Source: Octopus bimaculoides
Taxonomy: Eukaryota
Reading direction: 5' to 3'
Length of the DNA stretch: 32,325 nt
Assembly (NCBI RefSeq): GCF_001194135.2
Contig: NC_068995.1
Location: forward strand, 53,025,995-53,058,319
Position numbers and translations under genes: made by a program. Below the pieces are notes generated by a model that was given only the letters and a program-made list of their open reading frames with translations, ran no database searches and was not told where the DNA came from. Every line of letters starts with the position of its first letter. The first letter of the stretch is position 1. Positions 19,771-31,172 of this stretch are shown here, piece after piece.

Positions 19771-20259
19771 TTGGAAATTGAGGCATTTATTTATTACCCG
19801 AAGATTTGTATTTCAATATTTTCCGAAAATTCGGCAAAATAATGAAATATATATATCAGTTGTCATTTGTATTCGGCCATTTTCTTTCTGGGTGTCATTA
19901 AAACTCGGCAGCCATATTGTCTACGAGGAAACCGCTGAAAGAGTTATCTTAATGTCTTTGTGAGGTATTATGTAATAGAACTGGAGCATTGGAGAATATC
20001 TTCTCCCGAAGAAATGAAAATGTAGGGCGCTATAAACACCATCATCTGTTCGCTGTGTTAGTCTAGGAGAATGGAGAGTGGAGAGTGGAGAGTGGAAATG
20101 TCGAAACTAAGACTCAATGAAAGGCGATGTAATTAGTTCTTTTGTTAGGCTTGAGTTATTTAATGGCTTTCTATGTAAAGAGAGGAGGAGGAGAGTGGGG
20201 GTAGGAGAGGGCTTAGTAAAGAAAGGAAGGAAGGTGGGAGGTAGATAGAAACAGACGAT

Positions 20260-20355
20260 CGATAGTGAGAGAGAGAGAGAGAGAAAGAGAGACGAGAGAC
20301 ATGACAGACAGACAAACAGATAGACAAATAGATAGATAGATAGATAGATTGCTGG

Positions 20356-20398
<43 letters not shown>

Positions 20399-20534
20399 GA
20401 GAGAGAGAGATGGAGAGAGAGAGGGAGAGGGAGAGGGAGAGGGAGAGAGAGGGAGAGAGAGAGGGAGAGAGGGAGAGAGAGAGAGAGAGAGAATAACAGA
20501 CAGACAGATAAACAAATAGATAGATAGATAGATG

Positions 20535-20585
<51 letters not shown>

Positions 20586-20670
20586 CAAACAGTGGATGGC
20601 TGCATGGGTGCTTCGGAAGAAAGATGGATGGATGAATGGATGGATGGATGGATGGATGGATAGAATGCCG
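20260..20670. repeat. (GA)n/(GAGAGG)n/(GATA)n/(GGAT)n compound microsatellite
   Basis: Directly visible. Confidence 0.95.
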
Positions 20671-20981
20671 GATGGCTGACCAGCTAGCTGGATGGGGAGA
20701 AGGTGTTTAAGAGATAAACAATGTCATGGTAAGAGAAGTAAAGAAAGGAAGAAGAAGAAAAAATAAAACAATAGACATATTATATGCTGAGATAAAGAGG
20801 TGTTAGGAGAGTAAAAGGCAGACATGTTGAAATGGAAGAAGACTATCGATAAATAGAAAGAGTGAGAAATATATGAGGGATGCTTATTAAAACAAAACAC
20901 TGGGAGAGACAGAACGGAACAAAAAAAAAAGGGACAAGAAGAGACGGAAGATACAAACAGTGTGATGGGTTTGAGCAGAAG

Positions 20982-21425
20982 GAGATAAAGAAAGAAAGGA
21001 AGAGAACGGAGAAGGACGGAAGGAATGGAAGAAGAGAAGGAAGAAGAAGAAGAATTATAGAGAAAAAGGTTGGAAGCTAGAATAAAAGTTATCGAGGGAA
21101 GCANNNNNNNNNNNNNNNNNNNNNNNNNNNNNNNNNNNNNNAGATAAAGAAAGAAAGGAAGAGAACGGAGAAGGACGGAAGGAATGGAAGAAGAGAAGGA
21201 AGAAGAAGAAGAATTATAGAGAAAAAGGTTGGAAGCTAGAATAAAAGTTATCGAGGGAAGCAGAAGGAAATAAAGAGGGGGTTAAAGAAAGAAAGGAAGA
21301 GAACGGAGAAGGACAGAAGGAATGGAAGAAGAGAAGGAAGAAGAAGAAGAATTATAGAGAAAAAGGTTGGAAGTTAGAATAAAAGTTATCGAGGGAAGCA
21401 GAGGGAAATAAAGAGGGGGTTAAAA
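20982..21425. repeat. ~138-bp purine-rich tandem duplication, with an extra identical copy across a 38-N gap (21104-21141)
   Basis: The segments before and after the gap are identical (agataaagaaagaaagg...atcgagggaagca). The third copy differs (ggacagaagg, aagttaga). Confidence 0.9.
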
Positions 21426-21520
21426 AGGGAGTTCTTGGAGAAATGGGGAAAAGAAGAAGGCAAGTTAATATTTGGTTGTCAAATCCATTCGGTTCTTCGT
21501 GTTTTTTTTTAATTTTTTAA

Positions 21521-21735
21521 TTCTTTTACTTGTTTCAGTCATATCACTGCGGCCATGCTGGAGCACCGCTTTTTTAGTCGAAGAAGTCGACCCCAGGACT
21601 TATTCTTTGTAAGCCTGGTACTTACTCTATCAGTTCTCTTTTGCTGAACCACCTGGTTACGGGGACGTAAACACACCAGCATCGGTTGTCAAGCGATGAT
21701 GGGGGAGAGGCAAACGCAGACACACAAACATAGAC
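21521..21735 (-). mobile_element. SINE family B, near full-length, ending in microsatellite and a gap (N 21748-21798)
   Basis: ttcttttacttgtttcagtcatatcactgcggccatgctggagcaccgc...ggggacgtaaacacaccagcatcggttgtcaagcgatgatggggg. Confidence 0.92.
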
Positions 21736-21824
21736 ATACATACATACNNNNNNNNNNNNNNNNNNNNNNNNNNNNNNNNNNNNNNNNNNNNNNNNNNNAT
21801 ATATATATATATATATATATAAGA

Positions 21825-22255
21825 ACCTCACTTTGCAATCACGTCGTTTCAGGTTCCGTCCTACTGCGCATCACCCGGGGTCAACCAGTGCCTTGTTAGT
21901 AAATTTGAGAGAGGGGAAACTGTGTTGAACCCGTTCGTAAATGTATTTATGTGTATGTATATGTATGTGTCTTTGTATCGTTGTGTTTATTTCCCATCAC
22001 TTGACAACTGGTGTTAGAATCGATCCCGGTGTTTATATTTTAAAGTCTGATACTTATTTAGTCGGTCCCTTATTGCCGAACCACTTAGTTACAGAGGTGT
22101 AAAAAAAAACACGAACAATAGAAGTACCGGAATTTCTTTTCTTTTTTTTAAGTTGTGGAGTCGATTCATTCGACTAAAACCCTTCATGGCAGTACCCCTG
22201 CAGGGGCGGGAGGGGGAGGGCACAGTCCCAGTAAATAAAACAACTAAAAGACTAA
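21825..22255. mobile_element. Degenerate SINE A(+)/microsatellite/B composite, interrupted by an inverted B fragment (~22040-22110)
   Basis: caggttccgtcctactgcgcatcacc...ggaaactgtg, then cttgacaactggtgt, then gatacttatttagtcggt...gccgaaccacttagttac (minus), then gagtcgattcattcgactaaaacccttca (plus). Confidence 0.55.
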
Positions 22256-22673
22256 AGATTCATGTGTGTATATACATCTGCGAGTGTGTCTAGATTGAAA
22301 GAGAGACGGAAGAGCGAAGGAACATGATAAAAGGAATGATGGAGAAGTTTTATGGAGACACCTAATTGGCGATCAATTACTTTGAAAAACTGACAAAATC
22401 TGAACGGCTAATGGAATAATAAACAGGCTGCGTTAGAAAGAAGAAAAAAAAATATTAATATGCAACCCAATGTTGTAGCTTGGTTGGGTGGCTAGAAGGG
22501 TAGTTGGGCGATTGGAAAGGGTAGTTGGGTGTCTGGGTCATTGGATGGGTGAATGGATGGGTGCATGTATGGATGGGTGGTGGGGATTAAGTGTTGAGCT
22601 TTTACGAGTATCGATCTCTTTGCAGACTATTAATCATTCCAGCTTTACATTAGTACCAATCATAAGCCTTATG

Positions 22674-22675
22674 GC

Positions 22676-22711
<36 letters not shown>

Positions 22712-22730
22712 TGTTGTTGTTGTTGTTGTT
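22674..22730. repeat. (TAG)n-(TTG)n repeat
   Basis: Directly visible. Confidence 0.95.
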
Positions 22731-23604
22731 TTTGTATCAGACTCAGAATATTGCATTACGATCTGTCGCATTGGCAAACAGGCTTTCGACTCTTCCACCA
22801 GAGACAAATGCAAAGTTCCAACTTTAACAGACACATAAACTCGACCTCTGTATAACGGACGAGAAAATTTGGCAATGGGTGTAGACAATCATTAATGTAA
22901 GGAACATGAACAAATAATCAAAACATGTAAAAGACAGAACAATCGAAAATAATGCCCTCATCAGCTTTCTCGCTAAGGATACGCAATTTTGACGCCTTGA
23001 AATAGAACTGCTACTTTAATGATGTCAATAACCACTAAATACGGTTTGTTAGGCAACTGTTTCTGTACACTCTGCCTCCTCCCATTCTCAACTTGCCACT
23101 TCCTGCTTCCACTGTAGCCAAGACTCTACTTTATCTTTTAATTCATCTGTAAATACATGGATCATATTTCTTCTTTCTTTTCTTTCTACGTCGTACTTGT
23201 TGCACGTGTTTTGTTTCATTTTATTTTATCGTATTTTACCCAAGAAAGAATTAAATTTCATTTATCTCGGCTTTAGATTATCTATATCGATACTTTCAGT
23301 TTTCTTGTCTTAATCGCAAATCTTAAAGAAACCCCATACTTTCTTTCCCTATCTTTGCATTTCTACCGTCACGGTAATCAAGATTACACTTCCACTATGT
23401 GTTTTATTTGATTTTTTTGTATGTATGTCTCGTCTCCAACATATAAGATGACTAACATTGCATCTATAGTTTCTTGACGCATCTATAGTTGTTCCATTTC
23501 AAGGTATCAAAACTACATATCCTTAGCGAGGTAGCTGATGAGGGTATCATTTACTATTTTTCACTTTTACACGTATTTTTATCGACTGTGCAGAACATAC
23601 GCGC

Positions 23605-23614
23605 TCTCTATCTC

Positions 23615-23696
<82 letters not shown>

Positions 23697-23710
23697 TTAT
23701 ATATATAAGT
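23605..23710. repeat. (CT)n-(CA)n-(TA)n microsatellite
   Basis: Directly visible. Confidence 0.95.
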
Positions 23711-24419
23711 AAAATTACGGTTAGTTAAAATATGTTTGTGACATATTTCAACTGCTAAAATGAGAATTCACTGCAGTTACCGTGAATACATACATACACA
23801 CACACACATATATATATGTATATATATATATGTGAATATGTATGCACGTATATATGAATTTGTATGTGCTATAAGAAGGCTAAAGGTAATTGCGAGGTTT
23901 GCGCATCGAAGTTGGTTAAATAAATTTTAATTGCTACTAAAAAAATATTCTTTTCTATTCTATTTATTTGAATTGAGCCAATCATGCTCCGAATCTCATT
24001 TCAATACCACGTATACATGCATATACGGCACGTTGTGTGACTCTAAGAATGTAAATAACAGGCAACGCGTGTGAATTATTTTCAAAGATGTGCCGATAGG
24101 GAAAAGGCGGGGAATTGAAATTGTATATAATAATATAAGTGTTGTTGTTTTCTTTTGAGTGTTTGTTCATGTGCACGCGCGCGCGTGTTTTCAGTTAGTT
24201 TGCGCCAAGTGTTCGTATTTTGATATGTGGAAGCGATATATTTCTTTTTTCTTCTTTTTCTTGTTTTGAATTTTTGCATGTAGCTCTTTTCACAGTCGAC
24301 CTATTTATTTAAAGCAAAGGTAGAATCGATTTTATTAATCAATATTGCCTGAGCATGCGCCCGAGGCGTCTTATTTACATATCATCAGAAAATGCACATA
24401 TTCATGAGTATATATATAT

Positions 24420-25364
24420 NNNNNNNNNNNNNNNNNNNNNNNNNNNNNNNNNNNNNNNNNNNNNNNNNNNNNNNNNNNNNNNNNNNNNNNNNNNNNNNNN
24501 NNNNNNNNNNNNNNNNNNNNNNNNNNNNNNNNNNNNNNNNNNNNNNNNNNNNNNNNNNNNNNNNNNNNNNNNNNNNNNNNNNNNNNNNNNNNNNNNNNNN
24601 NNNNNNNNNNNNNNNNNNNNNNNNNNNNNNNNNNNNNNNNNNNNNNNNNNNNNNNNNNNNNNNNNNNNNNNNNNNNNNNNNNNNNNNNNNNNNNNNNNNN
24701 NNNNNNNNNNNNNNNNNNNNNNNNNNNNNNNNNNNNNNNNNNNNNNNNNNNNNNNNNNNNNNNNNNNNNNNNNNNNNNNNNNNNNNNNNNNNNNNNNNNN
24801 NNNNNNNNNNNNNNNNNNNNNNNNNNNNNNNNNNNNNNNNNNNNNNNNNNNNNNNNNNNNNNNNNNNNNNNNNNNNNNNNNNNNNNNNNNNNNNNNNNNN
24901 NNNNNNNNNNNNNNNNNNNNNNNNNNNNNNNNNNNNNNNNNNNNNNNNNNNNNNNNNNNNNNNNNNNNNNNNNNNNNNNNNNNNNNNNNNNNNNNNNNNN
25001 NNNNNNNNNNNNNNNNNNNNNNNNNNNNNNNNNNNNNNNNNNNNNNNNNNNNNNNNNNNNNNNNNNNNNNNNNNNNNNNNNNNNNNNNNNNNNNNNNNNN
25101 NNNNNNNNNNNNNNNNNNNNNNNNNNNNNNNNNNNNNNNNNNNNNNNNNNNNNNNNNNNNNNNNNNNNNNNNNNNNNNNNNNNNNNNNNNNNNNNNNNNN
25201 NNNNNNNNNNNNNNNNNNNNNNNNNNNNNNNNNNNNNNNNNNNNNNNNNNNNNNNNNNNNNNNNNNNNNNNNNNNNNNNNNNNNNNNNNNNNNNNNNNNN
25301 NNNNNNNNNNNNNNNNNNNNNNNNNNNNNNNNNNNNNNNNNNNNNNNNNNNNNNNNNNNNNNNN
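24420..25364. other. Assembly gap (N)
   Basis: N run flanked by (TA)n. Confidence 1.
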
Positions 25365-25797
25365 TATATATATATATATATATTTACACACACACCCAAA
25401 TGTATGTATGTATATATGTAATGTACTACGGATTACCACCATCATTCAATGTTTACTCGCTTTGCTCAGAACGTTAGCGTGTAAACTTGAGTTGAGATAG
25501 ATTTGGCTGCTATATCTAGTAGGCAGAGTAATCACGTAAAAACATCCCCGTTGGCTCGTACATAGTAGTGGCGATACGTGCGGGTAACAGAGAGGCATGC
25601 ATGTATGATGGCAGTGGGAGTTTTGTTGGTCGGTTCCGCATACAGGTACTTAATTGAAATTAGCTGACGATGCTGTGGTCGCAACAACAACAACATCAAA
25701 AGAAAGACGAATACAAAACAATTTCCCGACATTGTTATACGTGAACATGCAAACTTTCACTTTCACTTTCGATATTTCTTCCATCATTCTTTTTCTT

Positions 25798-25965
25798 TTA
25801 TTTTTTACTTGTATCAGTCTTGGACTGCAGCCATGTTGCAGCAGTGTATTCAAGAGATTTTAGTCGAACAAATCAATCCCAGAATTTTTTTTAAAGACTG
25901 ATACTTATTCTATCAGTTTCTTCTCCGAACCGCTCAGTGACGGAGACATATAAAAGAGAACACTG
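25798..25965 (-). mobile_element. SINE family B
   Basis: tttacttgtatcagtcttggactgcagccatgttgcagca...tttagtcgaacaaatcaatccca...gatacttattctatcag...gaaccgctcagtgacggagacataa. Confidence 0.85.
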
Positions 25966-26140
25966 GTTGCCATGCGTTTCCCTCTCTCTCTCTATTTTCC
26001 CTTTTCTCTCTCTTTTCTCTCTCTTTCGTTGTCCCCTTTCTCTTTCCCCTCTCTCTCTTTTTCTCCCTCTCCCTCTTGTTCTGTCTCTCTCTTTCTCTCA
26101 CTTCCTCTCTCACACACACGCACATATACGTATACACACG

Positions 26141-26304
26141 ACAGTCTTCTAAATAGTTTCTGTCTACCATATTCACACACATGGCATTGATTGTTCCTGC
26201 ATTATGGTAAAAGATACTTGCCCAAGGTGCTGCGCTGTGGGACTGAACCCAAATTTAAATGGATCCAAAGTGAGCTTCTAAACTACACAGTCACACCTGC
26301 GCCT
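26141..26304 (-). mobile_element. SINE family A
   Basis: gtttctgtctaccatattcacacac...gatacttgcccaaggtgctgcgctgtgggactgaaccc...acacagtcacacctgcgcct. Confidence 0.85.
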
Positions 26305-26561
26305 CCATTATGTTTGTCTACTTATTTCTCTGCGTATTTACATTCATTGTATTTCATTTTGTTTACGATTTTCTCACGTTGTTCTCCTAATTTTCTTTTC
26401 TTTAACCAACCAATGGAATCAATCAAAAACCAAAATTATTTCACGCCTTTGTTTTTTTCCTTCTTTCATTTTTTCCTACCTCTTTTTTTCTTTTCCACGG
26501 AATAACTTTCTATATAGATATTTTCCCAACCAACAGATCCGGTGAAAAGGCGGGAAAATAT

Positions 26562-26611
<50 letters not shown>

Positions 26612-26625
26612 TAATAATAATAATG

Positions 26626-26700
<75 letters not shown>
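26562..26700. repeat. (AAT)n microsatellite, ~46 units
   Basis: Directly visible. Confidence 0.98.
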
Positions 26701-26754
26701 GGAAATTGAAGGTATCAAAGAGTGCAACTAAAACAAATAAATGCCATATCGTTT

Positions 26755-26822
26755 TGGAATAGAATGAAATAGAATGCAATGGAATGGAATGGAATGGAAT
26801 GGAATAGCATAGAATGGAATGT
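26755..26822. repeat. (GGAAT)n pentanucleotide repeat
   Basis: aatggaatggaatggaatggaatggaatag. Confidence 0.9.
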
Positions 26823-27138
26823 TGGCATTGCAATCTTTTAATCAATTAAATATTTATTTTTCAATAGATTCTTTTTCATTATTCACGAATCGGTGACTAT
26901 ACATTGTCATAGATTACACACATTTGAACTATTGACACAAATTTACCACCAAAATATTTCTACATTCCTATGTCATTAATCTTACAAACTAGAAATTTGT
27001 CTATTTTTCATTTATTTGTTTGTTTTATTGTCTTAGATTCATTGAAAGACGATTAAGAATTGTTGCTTTTTATTCGACGAAAAAATAAGAAGAATTTCAA
27101 GACAACGCATTCTTCGTATTTACGCGTTCCATTGTTTA

Positions 27139-27245
27139 TCCTTTATTCCTTTACTCGTTTCAGTGAATATACTGCGGCCAGGCTGGAGCACTGCCTTCAA
27201 GGGTTTAGTCGAACAAAAATTGACTCAGGTACTTATATTTTGAAG
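27139..27245 (-). mobile_element. SINE family B 3' part
   Basis: ttttactcgtttcagtgaatatactgcggccaggctggagcactgccttcaagggtttagtcgaac. Confidence 0.8.
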
Positions 27246-27270
27246 TGTGGTAATTAATCTTTTCTACTCT

Positions 27271-27468
27271 AGGCACAAGGCCCGAAATTTTTGGGGAGGG
27301 AATCAGTCGATTAGATCGATCCCAGTACACAACTGGTACTTAATTTATTGAGCACAAAAGGATGAAAGGCGAAGTCGATCTCGGCGGAATTTGAACTCAG
27401 AACGTAAAGACAGACGAAATACCACTAAGCATTTCGCCCGGCGATCGAACGCTTCTGCCAACTCGCCA
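27271..27468 (-). mobile_element. SINE family C, full-length
   Basis: aggcacaaggcccgaaatttttggggaggg...ctcggcggaatttgaactcagaacgtaaagacagacgaaatacc...ttctgccaactcgcc. A-box-like TGGCAGAAG and B-box-like GAGTTCAAATTCC on the minus strand. Confidence 0.93.
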
Positions 27469-27579
27469 ACTTGGTCGGGTAATTATTCTGTCAGTGAACA
27501 CTGATTGCCAAGGGAGGTGGTGGATAAGCACAAAGACATGCACATACACCTACAAATAAACGCACAGACACATATACAC

Positions 27580-27600
27580 ACCATCATCACCACCACCACC

Positions 27601-27690
<90 letters not shown>
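27580..27690. repeat. (CAC)n-(CAT)n-(TAT)n repeat
   Basis: Directly visible. Confidence 0.95.
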
Positions 27691-27699
27691 TTTATTAAG

Positions 27700-27899
27700 T
27701 TGGTGAAATGGCGGAATCGTTAGCACACCGGGATAAAATGCTTAGCGGCATTTCGTCTGTCCTTACGATCTGAGTTCTAAATCTGCTGTGGTCGACTTTG
27801 CCTGTCATTAATTCGGGGTCGATAAAATAAGTACCAGCTGACCATTATGGTCGATATAATTTGACTTGCCCCTTACCTAAAATTGCTGGTCTTGTGCCA
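27700..27899 (+). mobile_element. SINE family C, full-length, inverted relative to the 27271 copy
   Basis: tggcggaatcgttagcacaccggg...tgagttctaaatc...ggtcgactttgcc...ggggtcgataaaataagtaccag...cttgtgcc. Confidence 0.9.
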
Positions 27900-28334
27900 A
27901 AATTTGAAACTAATATAACAAAAATAAAGAATAGAAATTCAAAATATTTTAGCATCAATATACTGTATATATATTGATATTGGAAAGAGACTTAACAGTT
28001 TGTCCTTGTCCAGCTGGCTGATAAAGGAAATGGCGACAAGCATCAAGTGTGACCAGACAGATTATCTGTTCCCGAATAAAGCGGAAATTGTGGCGCTTTA
28101 CAAATTTGTTTAATCGGCATTTTAACGCGCAGTTCAAACATTAATCGCATCAACTGAAGAGGACTTAAATGCAAGGTATAAGCGTTTGGCAACCTTACAG
28201 CAAAATGCCAGTGGAATAAGTCGTAAGTGAATCTCTTATCGGGAAGGCTGTCCATAATTAACGAGAAGTGAGGAAAATGTACGAGTCAACTTAATTAAAC
28301 GCATCATGAATTAGAAAGATAGTGCAATGGCCGA

Positions 28335-28392
28335 CCAAATGCCGCTAAGTAACTTGACCGGCGCGCTAACAGTTCTGCCAGCTCGCTGGCTT
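28335..28392 (-). mobile_element. SINE family C head fragment
   Basis: aaatgccgctaag...ggcgcgctaacagttctgccagctcgctggctt. Confidence 0.75.
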
Positions 28393-28464
28393 AATAATAA
28401 TGATAATACTAACAATCTTAAATTTTTGTTTAACAAATTTCTCCTTATAAGCACGTATATATGT

Positions 28465-28590
28465 AGTAACATGGTTGTGGGTTCACTTCCTTGCGTAGCA
28501 CTTGGGACAAGTGTCTTCTGCTATATAGCCTCGGGCCAACAAAAGGGTTCTAAGTCGATTTGGTAGAAGGAAACTGAAAGAATCCCGTCG
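28465..28590 (+). mobile_element. SINE family A, 5'-truncated
   Basis: gggttcacttccttgcgtagcacttgggacaagtgtcttctgctatatagcctcgggccaacaaaag...tttggtagaaggaaactgaaagaatcccgtcg. Confidence 0.85.
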
Positions 28591-29044
28591 TGTATATATA
28601 TGTATATATAGAAAAAAATATCCATCTCCTGTGTTCCTGCCTTTAGGCTTTCCCTTCATTCACGCCAGCTCAAATTGATTCGTTCTCAGTCGAAAGACAC
28701 CTGTTGTTATTTTCTTGCTGTTTGTATTTGTAATTGCGTACCTTGTTCTTCTTTTTTGTCTTTGTTGCCATACACATTCGCAAGCTTTCTTACAAAAATC
28801 TAATACTCTTAGCCTATGCCTTCTTGGGGGCAACCAGATCGACCTGTCTCAAGTGTAACTGCTCGAAACAGTAAAGACTTCTGGTAAACTTGACTGAGAA
28901 AAAAAGGCCACGAATGACCCGTCTTTTTTTTTTTTTCCTGTCCTAATTGTTGTTTCTCCTGTCCGCCTTTGTATCGTCTTTGCGTCCGAATGTTTTATTG
29001 TCCTCTATTTCGTTGTTGTTCCATTATATATATAGAGAGAGAGA

Positions 29045-29084
<40 letters not shown>

Positions 29085-29099
29085 GAGAGAGAGAGAGAG

Positions 29100-29222
29100 A
29101 TTAAGTACCATGTTAAAAAACACAGTAAGTATTGGATCGATTCCTTCAACTAAAATTATTGAGGCAGTGCCCCACCATGACCACAGTCTAATGACTGAAA
29201 AAAGGTAAAAGATAAAAGATAT
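29100..29222 (+). mobile_element. SINE family B 3' part with (taaaaga)n tail
   Basis: taagtacc...ggatcgattccttcaactaaaa...gaggcagtgccccaccatgaccacagtctaatgactgaaaaaaggtaaaagataaaagata. Confidence 0.75.
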
Positions 29223-29283
29223 AAATACACGTATGTATGTTTTGTTTTGATTTAGACCTTACAGTTAGTTGGCTGTTTCGTTG

Positions 29284-29780
29284 NNNNNNNNNNNNNNNNN
29301 NNNNNNNNNNNNNNNNNNNNNNNNNNNNNNNNNNNNNNNNNNNNNNNNNNNNNNNNNNNNNNNNNNNNNNNNNNNNNNNNNNNNNNNNNNNNNNNNNNNN
29401 NNNNNNNNNNNNNNNNNNNNNNNNNNNNNNNNNNNNNNNNNNNNNNNNNNNNNNNNNNNNNNNNNNNNNNNNNNNNNNNNNNNNNNNNNNNNNNNNNNNN
29501 NNNNNNNNNNNNNNNNNNNNNNNNNNNNNNNNNNNNNNNNNNNNNNNNNNNNNNNNNNNNNNNNNNNNNNNNNNNNNNNNNNNNNNNNNNNNNNNNNNNN
29601 NNNNNNNNNNNNNNNNNNNNNNNNNNNNNNNNNNNNNNNNNNNNNNNNNNNNNNNNNNNNNNNNNNNNNNNNNNNNNNNNNNNNNNNNNNNNNNNNNNNN
29701 NNNNNNNNNNNNNNNNNNNNNNNNNNNNNNNNNNNNNNNNNNNNNNNNNNNNNNNNNNNNNNNNNNNNNNNNNNNNNNNN
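29284..29780. other. Assembly gap (N)
   Basis: N run. Confidence 1.
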
Positions 29781-29831
<51 letters not shown>

Positions 29832-29885
29832 AAAGAAACACGCATATATATATGTATGCATATGTGTATAGAATCATATATATGC

Positions 29886-29923
<38 letters not shown>

Positions 29924-30237
29924 ATGTGTACGTGTATCTGTATACAAACACACACACATATACATATATACATTACAGACATAGATACCTCTATATACAT
30001 ATGTACGTATGTCCATTCATGATGTTCATCCATTGAAAATCTCTGAACCTCATTTCAATATAAATGATTTACATCAATGAAAACATAAGGAATTGGAGCA
30101 TGAATATAATATTTGTGTACGGCTCTACGGTATTTGGCTGAACCATTAAGGAGGAAACTCCGAAGTCATGCGGTTCAAGTTTAAAAAACAAACGTATGCA
30201 TGTATATGTGTAGGTATGTCGTATGTTCGTATCAGTG

Positions 30238-30384
30238 CGGTGTGGTCGAATGGATAAGAAGTTCGCTTTGCATTTGTAAGGAAACAAGGTTCGATCCTAC
30301 TCTGTGACATTTTTGGCAAAAGTTATTTCTTTATGGCCTCCAGTTTCCCCATTCCTTGTGAACGAAATTGGGTTGATGGACTCC
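30238..30384 (+). mobile_element. SINE family A, diverged subfamily
   Basis: tggtcgaatggataagaagttcgct...ggttcgatcctactctgtgacatttttggcaaaag...ttgtgaacgaaattgggttgatggac. Confidence 0.7.
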
Positions 30385-30386
30385 AT

Positions 30387-30550
30387 AGGCGCAGGCGCAC
30401 CTGTGTGGTAAGAAATTTGTTTCGTGCTCATATAGTTCCGGGTTCAATCCCACTGCGTGGCACCTTCAGCAGGTGTCTCATGTATAGCCTCAAGCTGGCC
30501 AAAGTCTTGTGAATGGATTTGGTAGATGGAAACTGAAAGAAGTCCGACGT
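30387..30550 (+). mobile_element. SINE family A, full head and body
   Basis: aggcgcaggcgcacctgtgtggtaagaaa...gggttcaatcccactgcgtggcaccttcagc...gatttggtagatggaaactgaaagaagtccgacgt. Confidence 0.92.
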
Positions 30551-30560
30551 ATATATGTAT

Positions 30561-30680
30561 ACCCCGAAAGGATGAAAGACAAATTCGACCTTGGCGGAAT
30601 TTGAACTCAAAACGTAGCGGCAGACGAAATACCGCTAAGCATTTCGCCCGGCGTGCTAACGTTTCTGCCAGCTCGCCGCT
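30561..30680 (-). mobile_element. SINE family C 5' half
   Basis: accccgaaaggatgaaagacaaattcgaccttggcggaatttgaactc...gtgctaacgtttctgccagctcgccgc. Confidence 0.92.
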
Positions 30681-30879
30681 CTCAACAACAACAACAACAA
30701 TTAAACACTCACCGACATTTGAATAATTTTACTACTTTTTGTGATAATAGAAATTATTAATTCACTTTCTGAAATTAGTTTAATTGGATAGGGACTTTAA
30801 TTGCATTGCTTAATTGCAAACTTTTTTTTTTCACATGTTGTGTGTTGGTTTTAACGTGTGAGAATGCGATGAAGACATT

Positions 30880-30913
<34 letters not shown>

Positions 30914-31109
30914 CGTATGAATCGTCCTTAGCCAAGCTGACGTCAACCCACTCTCTGTAGTTCTGTGGTTTCGTGGTTGTGCAAGAAACTAGTTACGGTG
31001 ACTTATTTAATGTCTACCGTTCTGTTAAAACGAGTGAAAGAGAAACACGTGCCTACCTACATACACCTGTGTGTGTACCACTGTGTGTGTACCACTGTGT
31101 GTGCGTGTA

Positions 31110-31117
31110 TGAAAGAT

Positions 31118-31172
<55 letters not shown>

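Noticed and set aside
19870-19935. Two YY1-like AANATGGC motifs on the minus strand (and CAAAATGGCG at 31993)
   Set aside because: Isolated short motifs with no supporting promoter context, and downstream frames close quickly.
22741-22855. Acceptor after (TTG)n with three moderately long open frames
   Set aside because: The pyrimidine tract is a microsatellite, no frame is recognisable, and there is no strong donor.
28841-28880. Second hammerhead-like GCTCGAAAC..GTA motif
   Set aside because: The upstream core (CTCAAGT) breaks invariant G5 and A9, and stem I/II pairing is not convincing. At most a further decayed relic.
3750-30033. Long ORFs containing X runs (3750-4932, 7799-8817, 15244-16041, 16720-17616, 24355-25500, 29188-30033)
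   Set aside because: They are open only because N-gaps contain no stop codons.
30387-30460. tRNA-like A/B box sequences (also at 2181, 8840-8910, 27390-27468)
   Set aside because: These are tRNA-derived SINE heads continuing into SINE bodies. No complete cloverleaf, so not tRNA genes.
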